Shown: positions 17,789-26,959 of the stretch, piece by piece
Numbering within the stretch: position 1 is the first letter of the stretch
Layout of the letters: every line of letters starts with the position of its first letter
Assembly (NCBI GenBank): GCA_046861655.1
Contig: JBHIAI010000002.1
Location: forward strand, 32,001-96,000
Reading direction: 5' to 3'
DNA from: Fidelibacterota bacterium
Lineage (GTDB): Bacteria; Fidelibacterota; Marinisomatia; Marinisomatales; S15-B10
Length of the DNA stretch: 64,000 bases
Program-made: the position numbers and the translations under genes
The notes under the pieces: model-generated
The model's input: the letters and a program-made list of their open reading frames with translations, nothing else
Told to the model about the DNA's origin: nothing
The model's database searches: none

Positions 17789-18574
17789 ATGGACATAGCC
17801 ACGCTGGTAGGCATCGTGATCGGTTTAGGTGCTATTGGAGGGGGAATCTTCGTGGCCGCTGCTGCCGCCGGTGCGGGAGCTGAAGGATTCGTTTCCCTGC
17901 CGAGTTTCCTGATCGTGTTCGGAGGCATGGTGGCCTCAGTCTCGGTGGCCTTTCCCCTGCCGGAAGTAATGAAACTGGGGGCGGCCATGGGGGCGGTCTT
18001 CAAGGGAGGTTTGATCAGGCTGGGCGAGCTGGTGGATGATGCGGTGGAACTGGCAGGAGTGGCAAGGAAGGGTGCAGCCGAACTGGAAAAGGGTGTGGGA
18101 GACATCCGAAATCCTTTCTTCAGGGATGGCGTCCAGATGGTGGTGGACGGCTATTCCGAAGAGGAATTGGTTGAGATTCTGGAAACCCGTATCAGCTACC
18201 GGGAAGTCCGGGAACGGTCCCAGGCAAGTCTGTTTCAGACCATGGGGACCATGGCGCCAGCGTGGGGGATGATTGGGACGCTCATCGGACTGGTTATCAT
18301 GCTCATGGGATTCGGTGGAGGGGGAGGAACAGAAGCTCTCGGTTCAGGCATGTCCGCCGCCCTGATTACCACCTTCTACGGAGCTGTGTTTGCCAATCTG
18401 TTCTTTCTCCCCATGGCGGCCAAGCTCAACTCGCGAATCGCTCACACCAGCACCATGCAGGCCATGCTGGTGGAGGCCGCCCGTTTGATTCATCAGAAAA
18501 AACACCCCCTTATCGTCCGGGAGAGACTCAACTCCTTCATTCCTCCCAAGGAATGGAAAAGGGAAGGGGAGTAA
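17789..18574 (+). CDS. motA: Flagellar-type stator A subunit (MotA/PomA)
   Basis: MDIATLVG start; PSFLIVFGG; ARKG..ELE; FFRDGVQMVVDG; APAWGMIGTLIGL; ALITTFYG. Confidence 0.93.
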   Translation: MDIATLVGIVIGLGAIGGGIFVAAAAAGAGAEGFVSLPSFLIVFGGMVASVSVAFPLPEVMKLGAAMGAVFKGGLIRLGELVDDAVELAGVARKGAAELEKGVGDIRNPFFRDGVQMVVDGYSEEELVEILETRISYREVRERSQASLFQTMGTMAPAWGMIGTLIGLVIMLMGFGGGGGTEALGSGMSAALITTFYGAVFANLFFLPMAAKLNSRIAHTSTMQAMLVEAARLIHQKKHPLIVRERLNSFIPPKEWKREGE

Positions 18575-18577
18575 CCT

Positions 18578-19330
18578 GTGCCGAGAAAGCCTCAACCTCC
18601 TCCTCCTGAACCGGGTCTCCCCAATTGGTTTGCCACTTTTGCCGATATGATGACGCTTCTCCTGGCCTTTTTCGTTCTTCTGGCCGCCATTTCCACCATC
18701 GATCCCGTCAAACTTCAGGCCATGGCCGATTCCATGAAAAAATCAGTGGGAAAGAAAATAGAGATGGAGGGAGCCATGAGCCTGGCCGATATCGAGAAGG
18801 CGGTTAAGGTGATGGTGTCGCAGGAACAGATGGAGGAAGCTGTGGAAGTGACCACCAGCACCAAGGGTGTCACCATCGGCATTTCATCGGACATCAGTTT
18901 CGAATCGGGTTCAGCGGACCTGAAACCCGGGATCATGCCCATTCTGGAAAAGATTGTTCCCACGATCGAGAATTCGTATTTCCAGGTGGCTGTTGAGGGC
19001 CATACTGACAACGTGCCCATTTCGGACAATATCCGGGTGCGGTTTCCCTCTAACTGGGAACTGTCCGGCGCCCGGGCGGCTTCGGTGGTCCGGGAATTGA
19101 TCGATATGGGCGTAGAACCCACACGTCTGCAGTCGGTGGGATATGCCGAATACATTCCGAGGGATCGGCCCACGGACAGGCTCATCACGGATGAGCTTAT
19201 CCTCGAGCTGAATGCAACCCCCGATCTTCAGGCCCGTAATCGCCGGGTGGAGATCACCTTTCTGGCTCCCCGGGGGGGGCCGGTGGGTAGCCACAGGGAG
19301 GAGTCGGAGCCGGAGGAGGGGGGAGAGTAA
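18578..19330 (+). CDS. motB: Flagellar-type stator B subunit (MotB/PomB) with OmpA-like peptidoglycan-binding domain
   Basis: WFATFADMMTLLLAFFVLL with the essential Asp; VEGHTD, SNWELSGARA and NRRVEI. Confidence 0.93.
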   Translation: MPRKPQPPPPEPGLPNWFATFADMMTLLLAFFVLLAAISTIDPVKLQAMADSMKKSVGKKIEMEGAMSLADIEKAVKVMVSQEQMEEAVEVTTSTKGVTIGISSDISFESGSADLKPGIMPILEKIVPTIENSYFQVAVEGHTDNVPISDNIRVRFPSNWELSGARAASVVRELIDMGVEPTRLQSVGYAEYIPRDRPTDRLITDELILELNATPDLQARNRRVEITFLAPRGGPVGSHREESEPEEGGE

Positions 19331-19357
19331 GACCTGGAGCCTAAACAAGGAGAGGTC

Positions 19358-20935
19358 ATGAAACACAGGTTGAGGGGTATCCTTGGCGGGGGAGCCGTAG
19401 TTGCCGTTTTGGCTGTCCTCGCTGTGGGGCAGGAGTCCACGTTTCTGGCTCAGAAGCTCATGCTGGAAAACGATTTAAGGAAGCGTATTACGGGAGCTCT
19501 TGAAAAAATCCTGGACGACCACCGTTACGTCCTGGATGTGACCGTGGATTTGAAGTTCACGCCCGCCGTTCGCGAGGAAGTGACATTCGCACCCGAGGAG
19601 GTCCCGGCCCAAGTAAAACCAGCTCTCAGAGAAAAGATGGGTGCTCGGGAACAACCAGAAGAGGTGGCGGGCCGGAAGAAGTCCCGGGTGACGGGACTTC
19701 CCATTCCGGGATTTGATTTTCAGGTGGAAGAGGAACCTGCGCCAGGGCTGGAGGAACCGTCTGCTGTTGAAACCGAAAAGGAGGATGAATCCGTCCAGGA
19801 GGGACCGGCCAGAAAAGGGGCCAGAGTGATCCGCCAGTCCTATACGGACATCAGTACATCCATGCCGGTGATCAGGAAGATGGAAATCAGCTGCATTCTC
19901 CCCGAGGGGTCCTCTCCTGAGCTCATCGAGAACGTTCGACAGATTATCATGGTGGCTTCCCATTTCGACCGGAGTCGCGGGGATGTCCTGAGTGTTATGA
20001 CGGCGTCGTTCAAGGAGAGAAAGGACGAGAGGACGGCGGAGGCCATCATCTTAAGAAGTATTGCGGAAAAAATTGATCAGCTTGAGGAGAGACAGGCGGA
20101 GACCGACGCTCAGGTAGTCGAGGACTGGCGCAGGGAGTTGGAACAGTGGAAACAGGAGGAATCCCGGCGCCAGGAGGAAGAACGGTCCGTCTGGCGAACC
20201 GAACTCGAAAGGCTGGAGAATGACCGCCTTCGTCGGGAATTTGAACGGGAAAAAAGAGCCATTCTGGAGCGTGATTCCCTGGAACTGGCAGCCTTAACTC
20301 AGGAAATCGATGAGTTAAGAGCCATGCTGACCACCGCCGATCTGACGCCTCAAGAGCAACAGACGGCTCAGGATCAGGTGGCGATCAAGGAGAGGAAGCG
20401 GGCTCAGATCGACTCTGTGATTGATGAGAAACTGGCTTTTCTTGAGGAGACCCGCCAGGAAATGAGGGAACTGGACAGGGCAGGAGTGAGCAATCTCCCC
20501 ATTTATCTGATGAGTGCTATTTCGCTTCTGGCCGTAGCTGCCCTGGCGGCGGTGATCATTTTCAACGGCCGGAGTCGTCCCCGTTATATGGTACCCCCTC
20601 CATGGCTCATGAGGCCGCCCAGCAAAAAAAAAGTGACTAAGGAGAAAAAAGAGGATGAGGACAAGGGCGAGGGACCCAAGGCGGCGCCGCCTCCCCCACC
20701 TCCGCCCACGCCCCCGGAACCGGAAGAAGATCCCAGTGTCCTCCAGTCAGAAATCAAATCTATGCGGCAGTCCATTGTGTCCATGAGCGTGGGACAGCCC
20801 GAGACGGCCACCGATATCGTTAAAGAGTGGTTGGAAGAAGAAGCGCCCGCACCTCCCGAGGAAGCGCCGGCGGCCGTAACTCCCCCTTCCCCCGAAGAAA
20901 AGGATGAGGGGAAAAAGAAAAAGAAGAAAAAGTAG
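19358..20935 (+). CDS. Divergent FliF-like ring protein: RBM3/S-ring domain only, long coiled coil, one TM, FliG-binding-like tail
   Basis: LENDLRKRITGALEKIL...VLDVTVDLKF and VRQII...FDRSRGDVLSVMTASF match the two halves of the FliF C-terminal ring domain. QPETATDIVKEWL matches the FliF C-terminal motif. Lies directly before fliG. Confidence 0.72.
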   Translation: MKHRLRGILGGGAVVAVLAVLAVGQESTFLAQKLMLENDLRKRITGALEKILDDHRYVLDVTVDLKFTPAVREEVTFAPEEVPAQVKPALREKMGAREQPEEVAGRKKSRVTGLPIPGFDFQVEEEPAPGLEEPSAVETEKEDESVQEGPARKGARVIRQSYTDISTSMPVIRKMEISCILPEGSSPELIENVRQIIMVASHFDRSRGDVLSVMTASFKERKDERTAEAIILRSIAEKIDQLEERQAETDAQVVEDWRRELEQWKQEESRRQEEERSVWRTELERLENDRLRREFEREKRAILERDSLELAALTQEIDELRAMLTTADLTPQEQQTAQDQVAIKERKRAQIDSVIDEKLAFLEETRQEMRELDRAGVSNLPIYLMSAISLLAVAALAAVIIFNGRSRPRYMVPPPWLMRPPSKKKVTKEKKEDEDKGEGPKAAPPPPPPPTPPEPEEDPSVLQSEIKSMRQSIVSMSVGQPETATDIVKEWLEEEAPAPPEEAPAAVTPPSPEEKDEGKKKKKKK

Positions 20936-20944
20936 AGTCAACGC

Positions 20945-21874
20945 ATGATTACCGATTACAATCGTTTGTCCGGCCTGGATAAGGTGGCCATCCTTTTCTC
21001 TGTACTGGGAGAAGGTCTGGCGGTGAAAGTTGTGAAGGGACTGGAAGAGGCGGACCTGCGGCGGATCCGGGCTCGCGTCCGTGAAATGGAGGCAGTGTCT
21101 ACGTCGGTAAAGAAGAAGGTCGTGGACCAATTCTACCTGGCGTTCGTATCCAGGAAACTGGAGGATGAGACCGGCGGAGACACCAAACGGCCCTTTGCCT
21201 TCTTGGAAAACTTAGCCGACGAACAGCTGGGAGCCCTCCTGGAAGTGGAAGAACCGAGAATCATTGCCATGGCTCTGGCTCAGGTGCCTACCGACAGGCA
21301 GGTTTTTGTGATGGCCCGCCTGACACCGGAAACGAAGGGGCAGGTGCTTATGGAAATGGGCAACCTGGGGAATGTTCCCCTGGAGGCCGTGGTCACTGTG
21401 GCTACGGATCTGGAGAAAAAATCCCACTTCCTTCCCCGTGGTGTGGACTTCTCCCGGGGAGGGGGTAAGAACGTGGCTGATATTCTTGAGAAACTTTCCC
21501 CTGAGGAAGGAGAAAAGTTTCTGGAAGCCATCGCCCGGGAGTCTCCTGACCTGGCCAAAGAGATCAAGAGATATCACCTTACCTTCGACGACGTGTTCAG
21601 ATTTCCCGACAGCCTCTTGAGGGACCTCATGAATTCGGTGGAGCTGGATACAGTGGCCTTGGCCATGAAGGGTCAATCCGAGGAGATTGTTGACCGGGTT
21701 ATCAGTAACCTTCCCCAGAAGAAACAGGCCATGTACGAGCCGGTGGAACGAGCGGTTCCCAAAAGGGAGGTGGATAACGCCAGAAAAGCCATTGTGGATG
21801 CTGCCCGGCAGATGGAAAAGGACGGACGCATTAATCTGGAAGATATTCTGGGTGGCAGCGAAATGGTGGAATAG
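20945..21874 (+). CDS. fliG: Flagellar motor switch FliG homolog (divergent)
   Basis: LSGLDKVAILFSVLG; EEPRIIA (EHPQ-like); GGGKNVADIL; LTFDD (MFxF-like); ALAMKG; EVDNARKAIV...MEKDGRI. Confidence 0.88.
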   Translation: MITDYNRLSGLDKVAILFSVLGEGLAVKVVKGLEEADLRRIRARVREMEAVSTSVKKKVVDQFYLAFVSRKLEDETGGDTKRPFAFLENLADEQLGALLEVEEPRIIAMALAQVPTDRQVFVMARLTPETKGQVLMEMGNLGNVPLEAVVTVATDLEKKSHFLPRGVDFSRGGGKNVADILEKLSPEEGEKFLEAIARESPDLAKEIKRYHLTFDDVFRFPDSLLRDLMNSVELDTVALAMKGQSEEIVDRVISNLPQKKQAMYEPVERAVPKREVDNARKAIVDAARQMEKDGRINLEDILGGSEMVE

Positions 21875-22714
21875 GTGTCTTTGTTCCGTCCTCGGTCAAG
21901 AAGCCTTCCCTGGGAAAGGACGGGAAGGCTTTTTCATATCTTTCCTGTGAGATTGGGAGCCCTGGGACTGATGGCAGTGGTGTCCACGGGTGTCTCCGGA
22001 AAACCTTCCCCCGTTACTCCGGGGGGAGAGGCCGGTTGGGAACGATCCCTCGCAGCCTCGTTTTCCACCCAGGGCGGAAACACCAATCTGTCCAGTTACG
22101 CCCTGGCCTTTACGGTGGATTATACGGGGGATCTCCGTGTAGCAGGCGTGGATTTCAACGACAGTGAGTTCCACGCGTTCGTCCGTCATAAACGGGGGAA
22201 ACTGGACAGGTCTTTATATGAAGACGATGGGAGTGCGTCCTTGCTGTTTGACATCATGGCCCATGGCAAATTCTCCCCTTTTTTCCTTTCTTACTGGGCC
22301 TACGATTCCACCACGGGCCTCGATGAACGAATTCAGCTCGGAGCTGGAGGCAAGTACACCGTCGCCGGGGGATTCTCCCTGAGCCTTGCCTATCTGTTTG
22401 AGGTGGAGGGCTATAAGGGTGAGTCCAGAACCCGGCAGTATCGATTGTCGTTTCGACCCAAGTACAAGAGGACCTTCTCCAGCGGTGTGTCCCTTAACAC
22501 CCTGGTATTCATCCAGCCCCTGGTCCTGGATCCCGGCAGATTTCTCATTGACAGCCATGTGAGTGTGACCGTTCCCACCCCGGTGAAGATACTGGCAGAT
22601 GACAAGAAACTCGAGGTGACTCTGAGGTGGAGGGAACAATTCAACTCCCGTCCCCCCGGTTCGGTCCAGAAGCGGGACAGCGATCTTGACCTTGGCCTGA
22701 TGATTTCGTTTTAG
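21875..22714 (+). CDS. DUF481-family outer-membrane beta-barrel
   Basis: GGNT near the N-terminus, LGAGGKY, FNSRPPGSVQKRD and C-terminal LGLMISF. Start uncertain (ATG 21971 is an alternative). Confidence 0.65.
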   Translation: MSLFRPRSRSLPWERTGRLFHIFPVRLGALGLMAVVSTGVSGKPSPVTPGGEAGWERSLAASFSTQGGNTNLSSYALAFTVDYTGDLRVAGVDFNDSEFHAFVRHKRGKLDRSLYEDDGSASLLFDIMAHGKFSPFFLSYWAYDSTTGLDERIQLGAGGKYTVAGGFSLSLAYLFEVEGYKGESRTRQYRLSFRPKYKRTFSSGVSLNTLVFIQPLVLDPGRFLIDSHVSVTVPTPVKILADDKKLEVTLRWREQFNSRPPGSVQKRDSDLDLGLMISF

Positions 22715-22732
22715 ATCACGGGGTAGAGTAGT

Positions 22733-24151
22733 ATGGAAAAGGAAATCCACGAGTTGAATCTGGAGGGAACCACCTTCCGGACCATCATTGAACCGTTCAG
22801 AATCAAGTCTGTGGAACCCATCCGGATCACCACCCGGGATGAGAGGGAAACGATTCTTCAACAGGCCTTCTACAATGTGTTTCTCATCCGGTCCAGGGAC
22901 GTTATCATCGATCTTCTCACCGACAGCGGTACCAACGCCATGAGTTCGGACCAGTGGAGCGGAATAATGCGAGGCGATGAGACCTACGCCGGTAGTGAGA
23001 GCTATGGCCGTTTTGAGAATACGGTCAAGGATATCTTCGGATTCAAGCATGTCATTCCGACCCACCAGGGAAGAGCCGCCGAGAGGATTCTGTTTACGGT
23101 CATGTGCCGGCCGGGAGATGTGGTTCCCAACAACACCCACTTCGACACCACCCGGGCCAACGTAGAATTCCGGGGAGCGGTGGCGAAAGATCTCCCCATT
23201 GAAGAAGGGCGAGATCCCCAGAATCCCCATCCGTTCAAGGGGAACATGGACCTGGCAAAACTGGAGGCACTGATCACCCGGGAGGGGAAGGAAAAGATTC
23301 CCCTTTGCATGGTGACGATCACCAACAACTCCGGGGGAGGCCAGCCGGTGTCCATGGAGAACCTACGGGCCACGAAGACCCTGGTATCCCGGTATGGGAT
23401 TCCCCTCTACCTGGACGCATGCCGGTTCGCTGAGAATGCTTATTTGATTAAGTTAAGGGAAAAAGGGTACGAGAATAAGCCGGTCAGGGAGATCGTGGCG
23501 GAAATGATGAGCTACGCCGACGGGTGCACCATGAGTGCCAAAAAGGACGGCCTGGCCAACATCGGAGGATTTCTCTGCACCAACGATGATCTTCTGGCCC
23601 GGCAGGAAAGGGACCTTCTGATTCTCACTGAAGGCTTTCCCACCTACGGGGGCATGGCGGGAAGGGACCTGGAGGCCATCGCCATCGGTCTGGAAGAGGC
23701 GATTCACGAAGATTATCTCATCTACCGGATTGCCGAAACCCAGTACTTGGGGAAACACCTGGAGGAAATAGGGTTTCCCATTGTGCAACCCCCGGGAGGT
23801 CACGCCGTATACGTGGATGCTAACGCCACGTTACCCCATATGGATCCTCTGGAATACCCCGGTCAGGCTCTGACGGCTGAACTTTACCTTGCAGGGGGGA
23901 TCAGGGCGGTGGAAATTGGGTCCGTCATGTTCGGGAAGGAAGACCCGGAGACGGGAAAGGAACAACCGGCGGCCATGGAGTTGGTTCGACTTGCCATTCC
24001 CCGGCGGGTGTACACGCAGAGTCATATCGATTATGTCATTGAGGTGTGCAAGAGAGTCTGGAAACGCCGGGAATCTCTCAAAGGGTTTCGAATCACTGAA
24101 CAGGCCCCGTTTCTTCGTCACTTTACCGCTAAGTTTGAACCCCTTGATTAG
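22733..24151 (+). CDS. tnaA: Tryptophanase (tryptophan indole-lyase)
   Basis: EPFRIKSVE, DLLTDSGT, PLP motif MSAKKD and LRHFTA; tyrosine phenol-lyase would have MSGKKD and LRFFTA. Confidence 0.88.
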   Translation: MEKEIHELNLEGTTFRTIIEPFRIKSVEPIRITTRDERETILQQAFYNVFLIRSRDVIIDLLTDSGTNAMSSDQWSGIMRGDETYAGSESYGRFENTVKDIFGFKHVIPTHQGRAAERILFTVMCRPGDVVPNNTHFDTTRANVEFRGAVAKDLPIEEGRDPQNPHPFKGNMDLAKLEALITREGKEKIPLCMVTITNNSGGGQPVSMENLRATKTLVSRYGIPLYLDACRFAENAYLIKLREKGYENKPVREIVAEMMSYADGCTMSAKKDGLANIGGFLCTNDDLLARQERDLLILTEGFPTYGGMAGRDLEAIAIGLEEAIHEDYLIYRIAETQYLGKHLEEIGFPIVQPPGGHAVYVDANATLPHMDPLEYPGQALTAELYLAGGIRAVEIGSVMFGKEDPETGKEQPAAMELVRLAIPRRVYTQSHIDYVIEVCKRVWKRRESLKGFRITEQAPFLRHFTAKFEPLD

Positions 24152-24157
24152 CCGGCG

Positions 24158-25342
24158 ATGCCAGGTACCAGAAAAATCCATCATCTCCTGATCGCGGGTG
24201 CCTTGATTCTGACCGCGTGCACCGAGTCCCCGAGAAAGTTTCACGACCGGGCCTATGTTGCCGACACCCACAATGATGTCCTTCTGCGGGTCATGAGGGG
24301 GGAGGACATTGCCGTGAGAACTTCATCGGGGCATTCCGACGTTCCGAGGTTGGAAGAGGGGGGCGTCGACATGCAGGTGTTTTCGGTCTGGGTGGACCCG
24401 GCCACCTATGGGTCTGGCAGCTCTTTTCAAAGGGCGAACGAGATGATCGATTCTCTGGTCAGCCTTGCGGAAAGAATTCCCCAGCGGCTGGAGATTGCCC
24501 GCTCCTACGACGATCTGGAACGGCTCGAGCGGGAAGGAAAACTGGCGGCTGTCATTGGCGTTGAAGGGGGACACGCCATCGAAAACAGCCTGGAAAAGCT
24601 AAAGGTTCTTCACCAGCGGGGAATGCGCTATCTTACCGTCACCTGGAATAACTCCCTGGATTGGGCCAGCTCAGCCAAGGATGAGACAAAGGGAGATATG
24701 GGACCCTTCGCCGGACTCAATAAGTTCGGCAGGGAGGTGATCCGTTCCTGCAATGACCTGGGGGTGATGGTGGATGTGTCACACGCGGGGGAACAGACCT
24801 TCTGGGATATCATAGGGAGCACCACCCGTCCTGTTATCGCCTCCCACTCTTCCGTGTATGCCATCTGTCCCCATTTTCGCAACCTCAAAGATGACCAGCT
24901 TCAGGCCATCAAGGATAACGGCGGTGTGGTGTTTGTTAATTTTTTCCCGGGTTATCTGGACAGCACCTTCGAAGGCCGGTACCTCCAGGTGGAAAAAGCC
25001 CATCAGGAGGAACTGGATTCCCTGGCGGGGATCTATTCACGGGACTCTGAGGATTTCTGGTATGGACGGATTCAGATCCTTCGGGATGATCTTTCCACCG
25101 TGGCACCCCCCGTGGACCTCCTCATCGATCACATTGACTATATCGCAAACTTGATCGGTGTTGACCATGTTGGACTGGGATCGGATTTTGATGGGGTCTC
25201 GGTCCTGCCCCGGGGAATGGAAGACGCCACCCGGGTTCCCCTGATTACGGAAAAACTCCTCCAACGGGGTTACTCCAGGAGGGATGTAAGGAAGATCCTG
25301 GGGGAGAATTTCAAGCGTGTTTTCCGGGAGACCGTAGGGTGA
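24158..25342 (+). CDS. Membrane dipeptidase (peptidase M19), lipoprotein
   Basis: Lipobox ILTAC; DTHND, VEGGH, VDVSH, ASHS and GLGSDFDG. Confidence 0.9.
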   Translation: MPGTRKIHHLLIAGALILTACTESPRKFHDRAYVADTHNDVLLRVMRGEDIAVRTSSGHSDVPRLEEGGVDMQVFSVWVDPATYGSGSSFQRANEMIDSLVSLAERIPQRLEIARSYDDLERLEREGKLAAVIGVEGGHAIENSLEKLKVLHQRGMRYLTVTWNNSLDWASSAKDETKGDMGPFAGLNKFGREVIRSCNDLGVMVDVSHAGEQTFWDIIGSTTRPVIASHSSVYAICPHFRNLKDDQLQAIKDNGGVVFVNFFPGYLDSTFEGRYLQVEKAHQEELDSLAGIYSRDSEDFWYGRIQILRDDLSTVAPPVDLLIDHIDYIANLIGVDHVGLGSDFDGVSVLPRGMEDATRVPLITEKLLQRGYSRRDVRKILGENFKRVFRETVG

Positions 25343-25351
25343 TCCGGGGAG

Positions 25352-26959
25352 TTATTCTCTGATCTGATCTGGAAGGTCGGGATACTGGCCCGCATTCTTG
25401 CGGGGGCGAACCGTGTTCTGAGCCAAACCCCACGCGGTAGCATACACGAGTTGGGTCACCTTTACCAGCTTGGTGAGATCGATCTTGTCCGGTGTGTCTG
25501 TGGGCTGGTGGTAATCCTCGTGGATACCGGCAAAGAAGAAAATCGCCGGAATGTCCCGGCTGGAGAACTGGTAATGGTCGCTCCGGTAATAATAGCGATT
25601 GGGATCATCCAGGCTGTTGTAACGATAGTTTGGGTACAGTCCCTCTATCTTCGTGGCGGCAAATTCATTAACGGCATGAAGATCGTGACTGATCATGTCC
25701 GAACCGATAACGTAGATAGAGTCGGGGGCGTTTCGTCCAACCATGTCGATGTTTAAGTCGGCGATGGTATTCTCCAGGGGAATGAGAGGATGATGGACGT
25801 AATACCGGGAGCCCAGCAACCCTTTTTCCTCGCCTGAGAGGGCCAGAAACAGGAGGCCCCTTCGGGGAGATTCAGGATTCAGGACTACAGCCTGGGCAAT
25901 CTCCATCAACGCGGCGGTCCCCGAGCCATTGTCATCGGCGCCAGGCCAGATGGTTCCCTCGTCGTTCTTTCCCAGATGGTCATAATGGGCAGAGATGACC
26001 ACCGTTTCGTGGGCAACCTGGGGATCGGTTCCGGGTGCGTAGGCCGCTACATTCCGGGCGATGACGCTTTCCTTGTGAACGTCCACATGGATGTGAATTC
26101 GGCGACTTTCCAGGGAAACGGAATTGGGTCTGCCCGTGTCCTCCAGGTCCAACTGGAGATCTGCCAGTGAAGTATTCATCCCGGCCAGGATGCGGTCAGC
26201 GGCGCGGGAATTGACAAAGAATACGGGAACGGGCTTTTCGGAAGACGGCAGTACCATGCTCTCCCGGGACAGCCACCGGGACCACCGCTTGAATTTTCTT
26301 GAGAATATCTCATCCTTCCTGGGGTCGGGTGCTATGAGGAGGGCTTCCGCCGCCTGGGCTTTGGCCTGTTTGACTTTTTCCCTCACGTCTGAATAATGGG
26401 TGTTCTTGTTTCCTGGTTCTCCATCCATGATCAGGACCATCTTATGGGTGACGTCCACGGAGGCATAATCATCGTAGTCGTATTCCTGTGCCGTAACACC
26501 ATATCCCGCATAGACCACGGGTGCCTGGATTTCTATGGAGGTCATGAGACCTCGAGGGGAAACGAAAAAGTCCTCTCCGTACTGAAACTCCTCTCGAACC
26601 CATCCCTCGCCTTCTTCATACACCAGAGTCAGGGTGGGATCATCCCCCAGGGTGGTTTTCAGAAGCTCATAGGGATGAAAAAAGGAACCATCAGGGTTCA
26701 GGGAGGTGAGTTCCAGCCGGCGAAACTGGGCGGCGATGTATTCAGCCGCCACCTGAAGACCCCGTTGTCCTGTTCCCCGCCCTTCAGCGGCGTCGGATGC
26801 CAGGAATCCCAGATGGGCCTCGAGATCACTCTTAGTGATGGAGTTCATCCCCTGGGCGATGGCTCCGATGTCGAAAACGGGGGAAAAGTAGACCCCCGCC
26901 TGTCCGTAGAGCAAGCAGGTGAGGAAAGTGGCGTAGAGGATTCGAATTCGCAACGTCAA
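25352..26959 (-). CDS. M28 family aminopeptidase with PA domain
   Basis: SAHYDHLG, GADDNGSG, GEEKGLLGS, RSDH and DYHQPTD. Confidence 0.9.
   Translation of the reverse strand: MTLRIRILYATFLTCLLYGQAGVYFSPVFDIGAIAQGMNSITKSDLEAHLGFLASDAAEGRGTGQRGLQVAAEYIAAQFRRLELTSLNPDGSFFHPYELLKTTLGDDPTLTLVYEEGEGWVREEFQYGEDFFVSPRGLMTSIEIQAPVVYAGYGVTAQEYDYDDYASVDVTHKMVLIMDGEPGNKNTHYSDVREKVKQAKAQAAEALLIAPDPRKDEIFSRKFKRWSRWLSRESMVLPSSEKPVPVFFVNSRAADRILAGMNTSLADLQLDLEDTGRPNSVSLESRRIHIHVDVHKESVIARNVAAYAPGTDPQVAHETVVISAHYDHLGKNDEGTIWPGADDNGSGTAALMEIAQAVVLNPESPRRGLLFLALSGEEKGLLGSRYYVHHPLIPLENTIADLNIDMVGRNAPDSIYVIGSDMISHDLHAVNEFAATKIEGLYPNYRYNSLDDPNRYYYRSDHYQFSSRDIPAIFFFAGIHEDYHQPTDTPDKIDLTKLVKVTQLVYATAWGLAQNTVRPRKNAGQYPDLPDQIRE

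Noticed and set aside
19272..19279. G8 tract in motB as a phase-variation switch
   Set aside because: It lies after the OmpA-like domain, so slippage would alter only the tail; no evidence of variation.
17789..19330. Zorya (ZorAB), ExbBD or TolQR interpretation of the stator pair
   Set aside because: MotA is normal length with no long ZorA tail, no zorC/D/E is present, MotB has an OmpA-like domain unlike ExbD/TolR, and FliG is adjacent.
20624..20632. A9 tract in the FliF-like gene
   Set aside because: It simply encodes a Lys run in an intact frame.
22733..24151. Tyrosine phenol-lyase as an alternative call
   Set aside because: MSAKKD and LRHFTA match tryptophanase rather than TPL.
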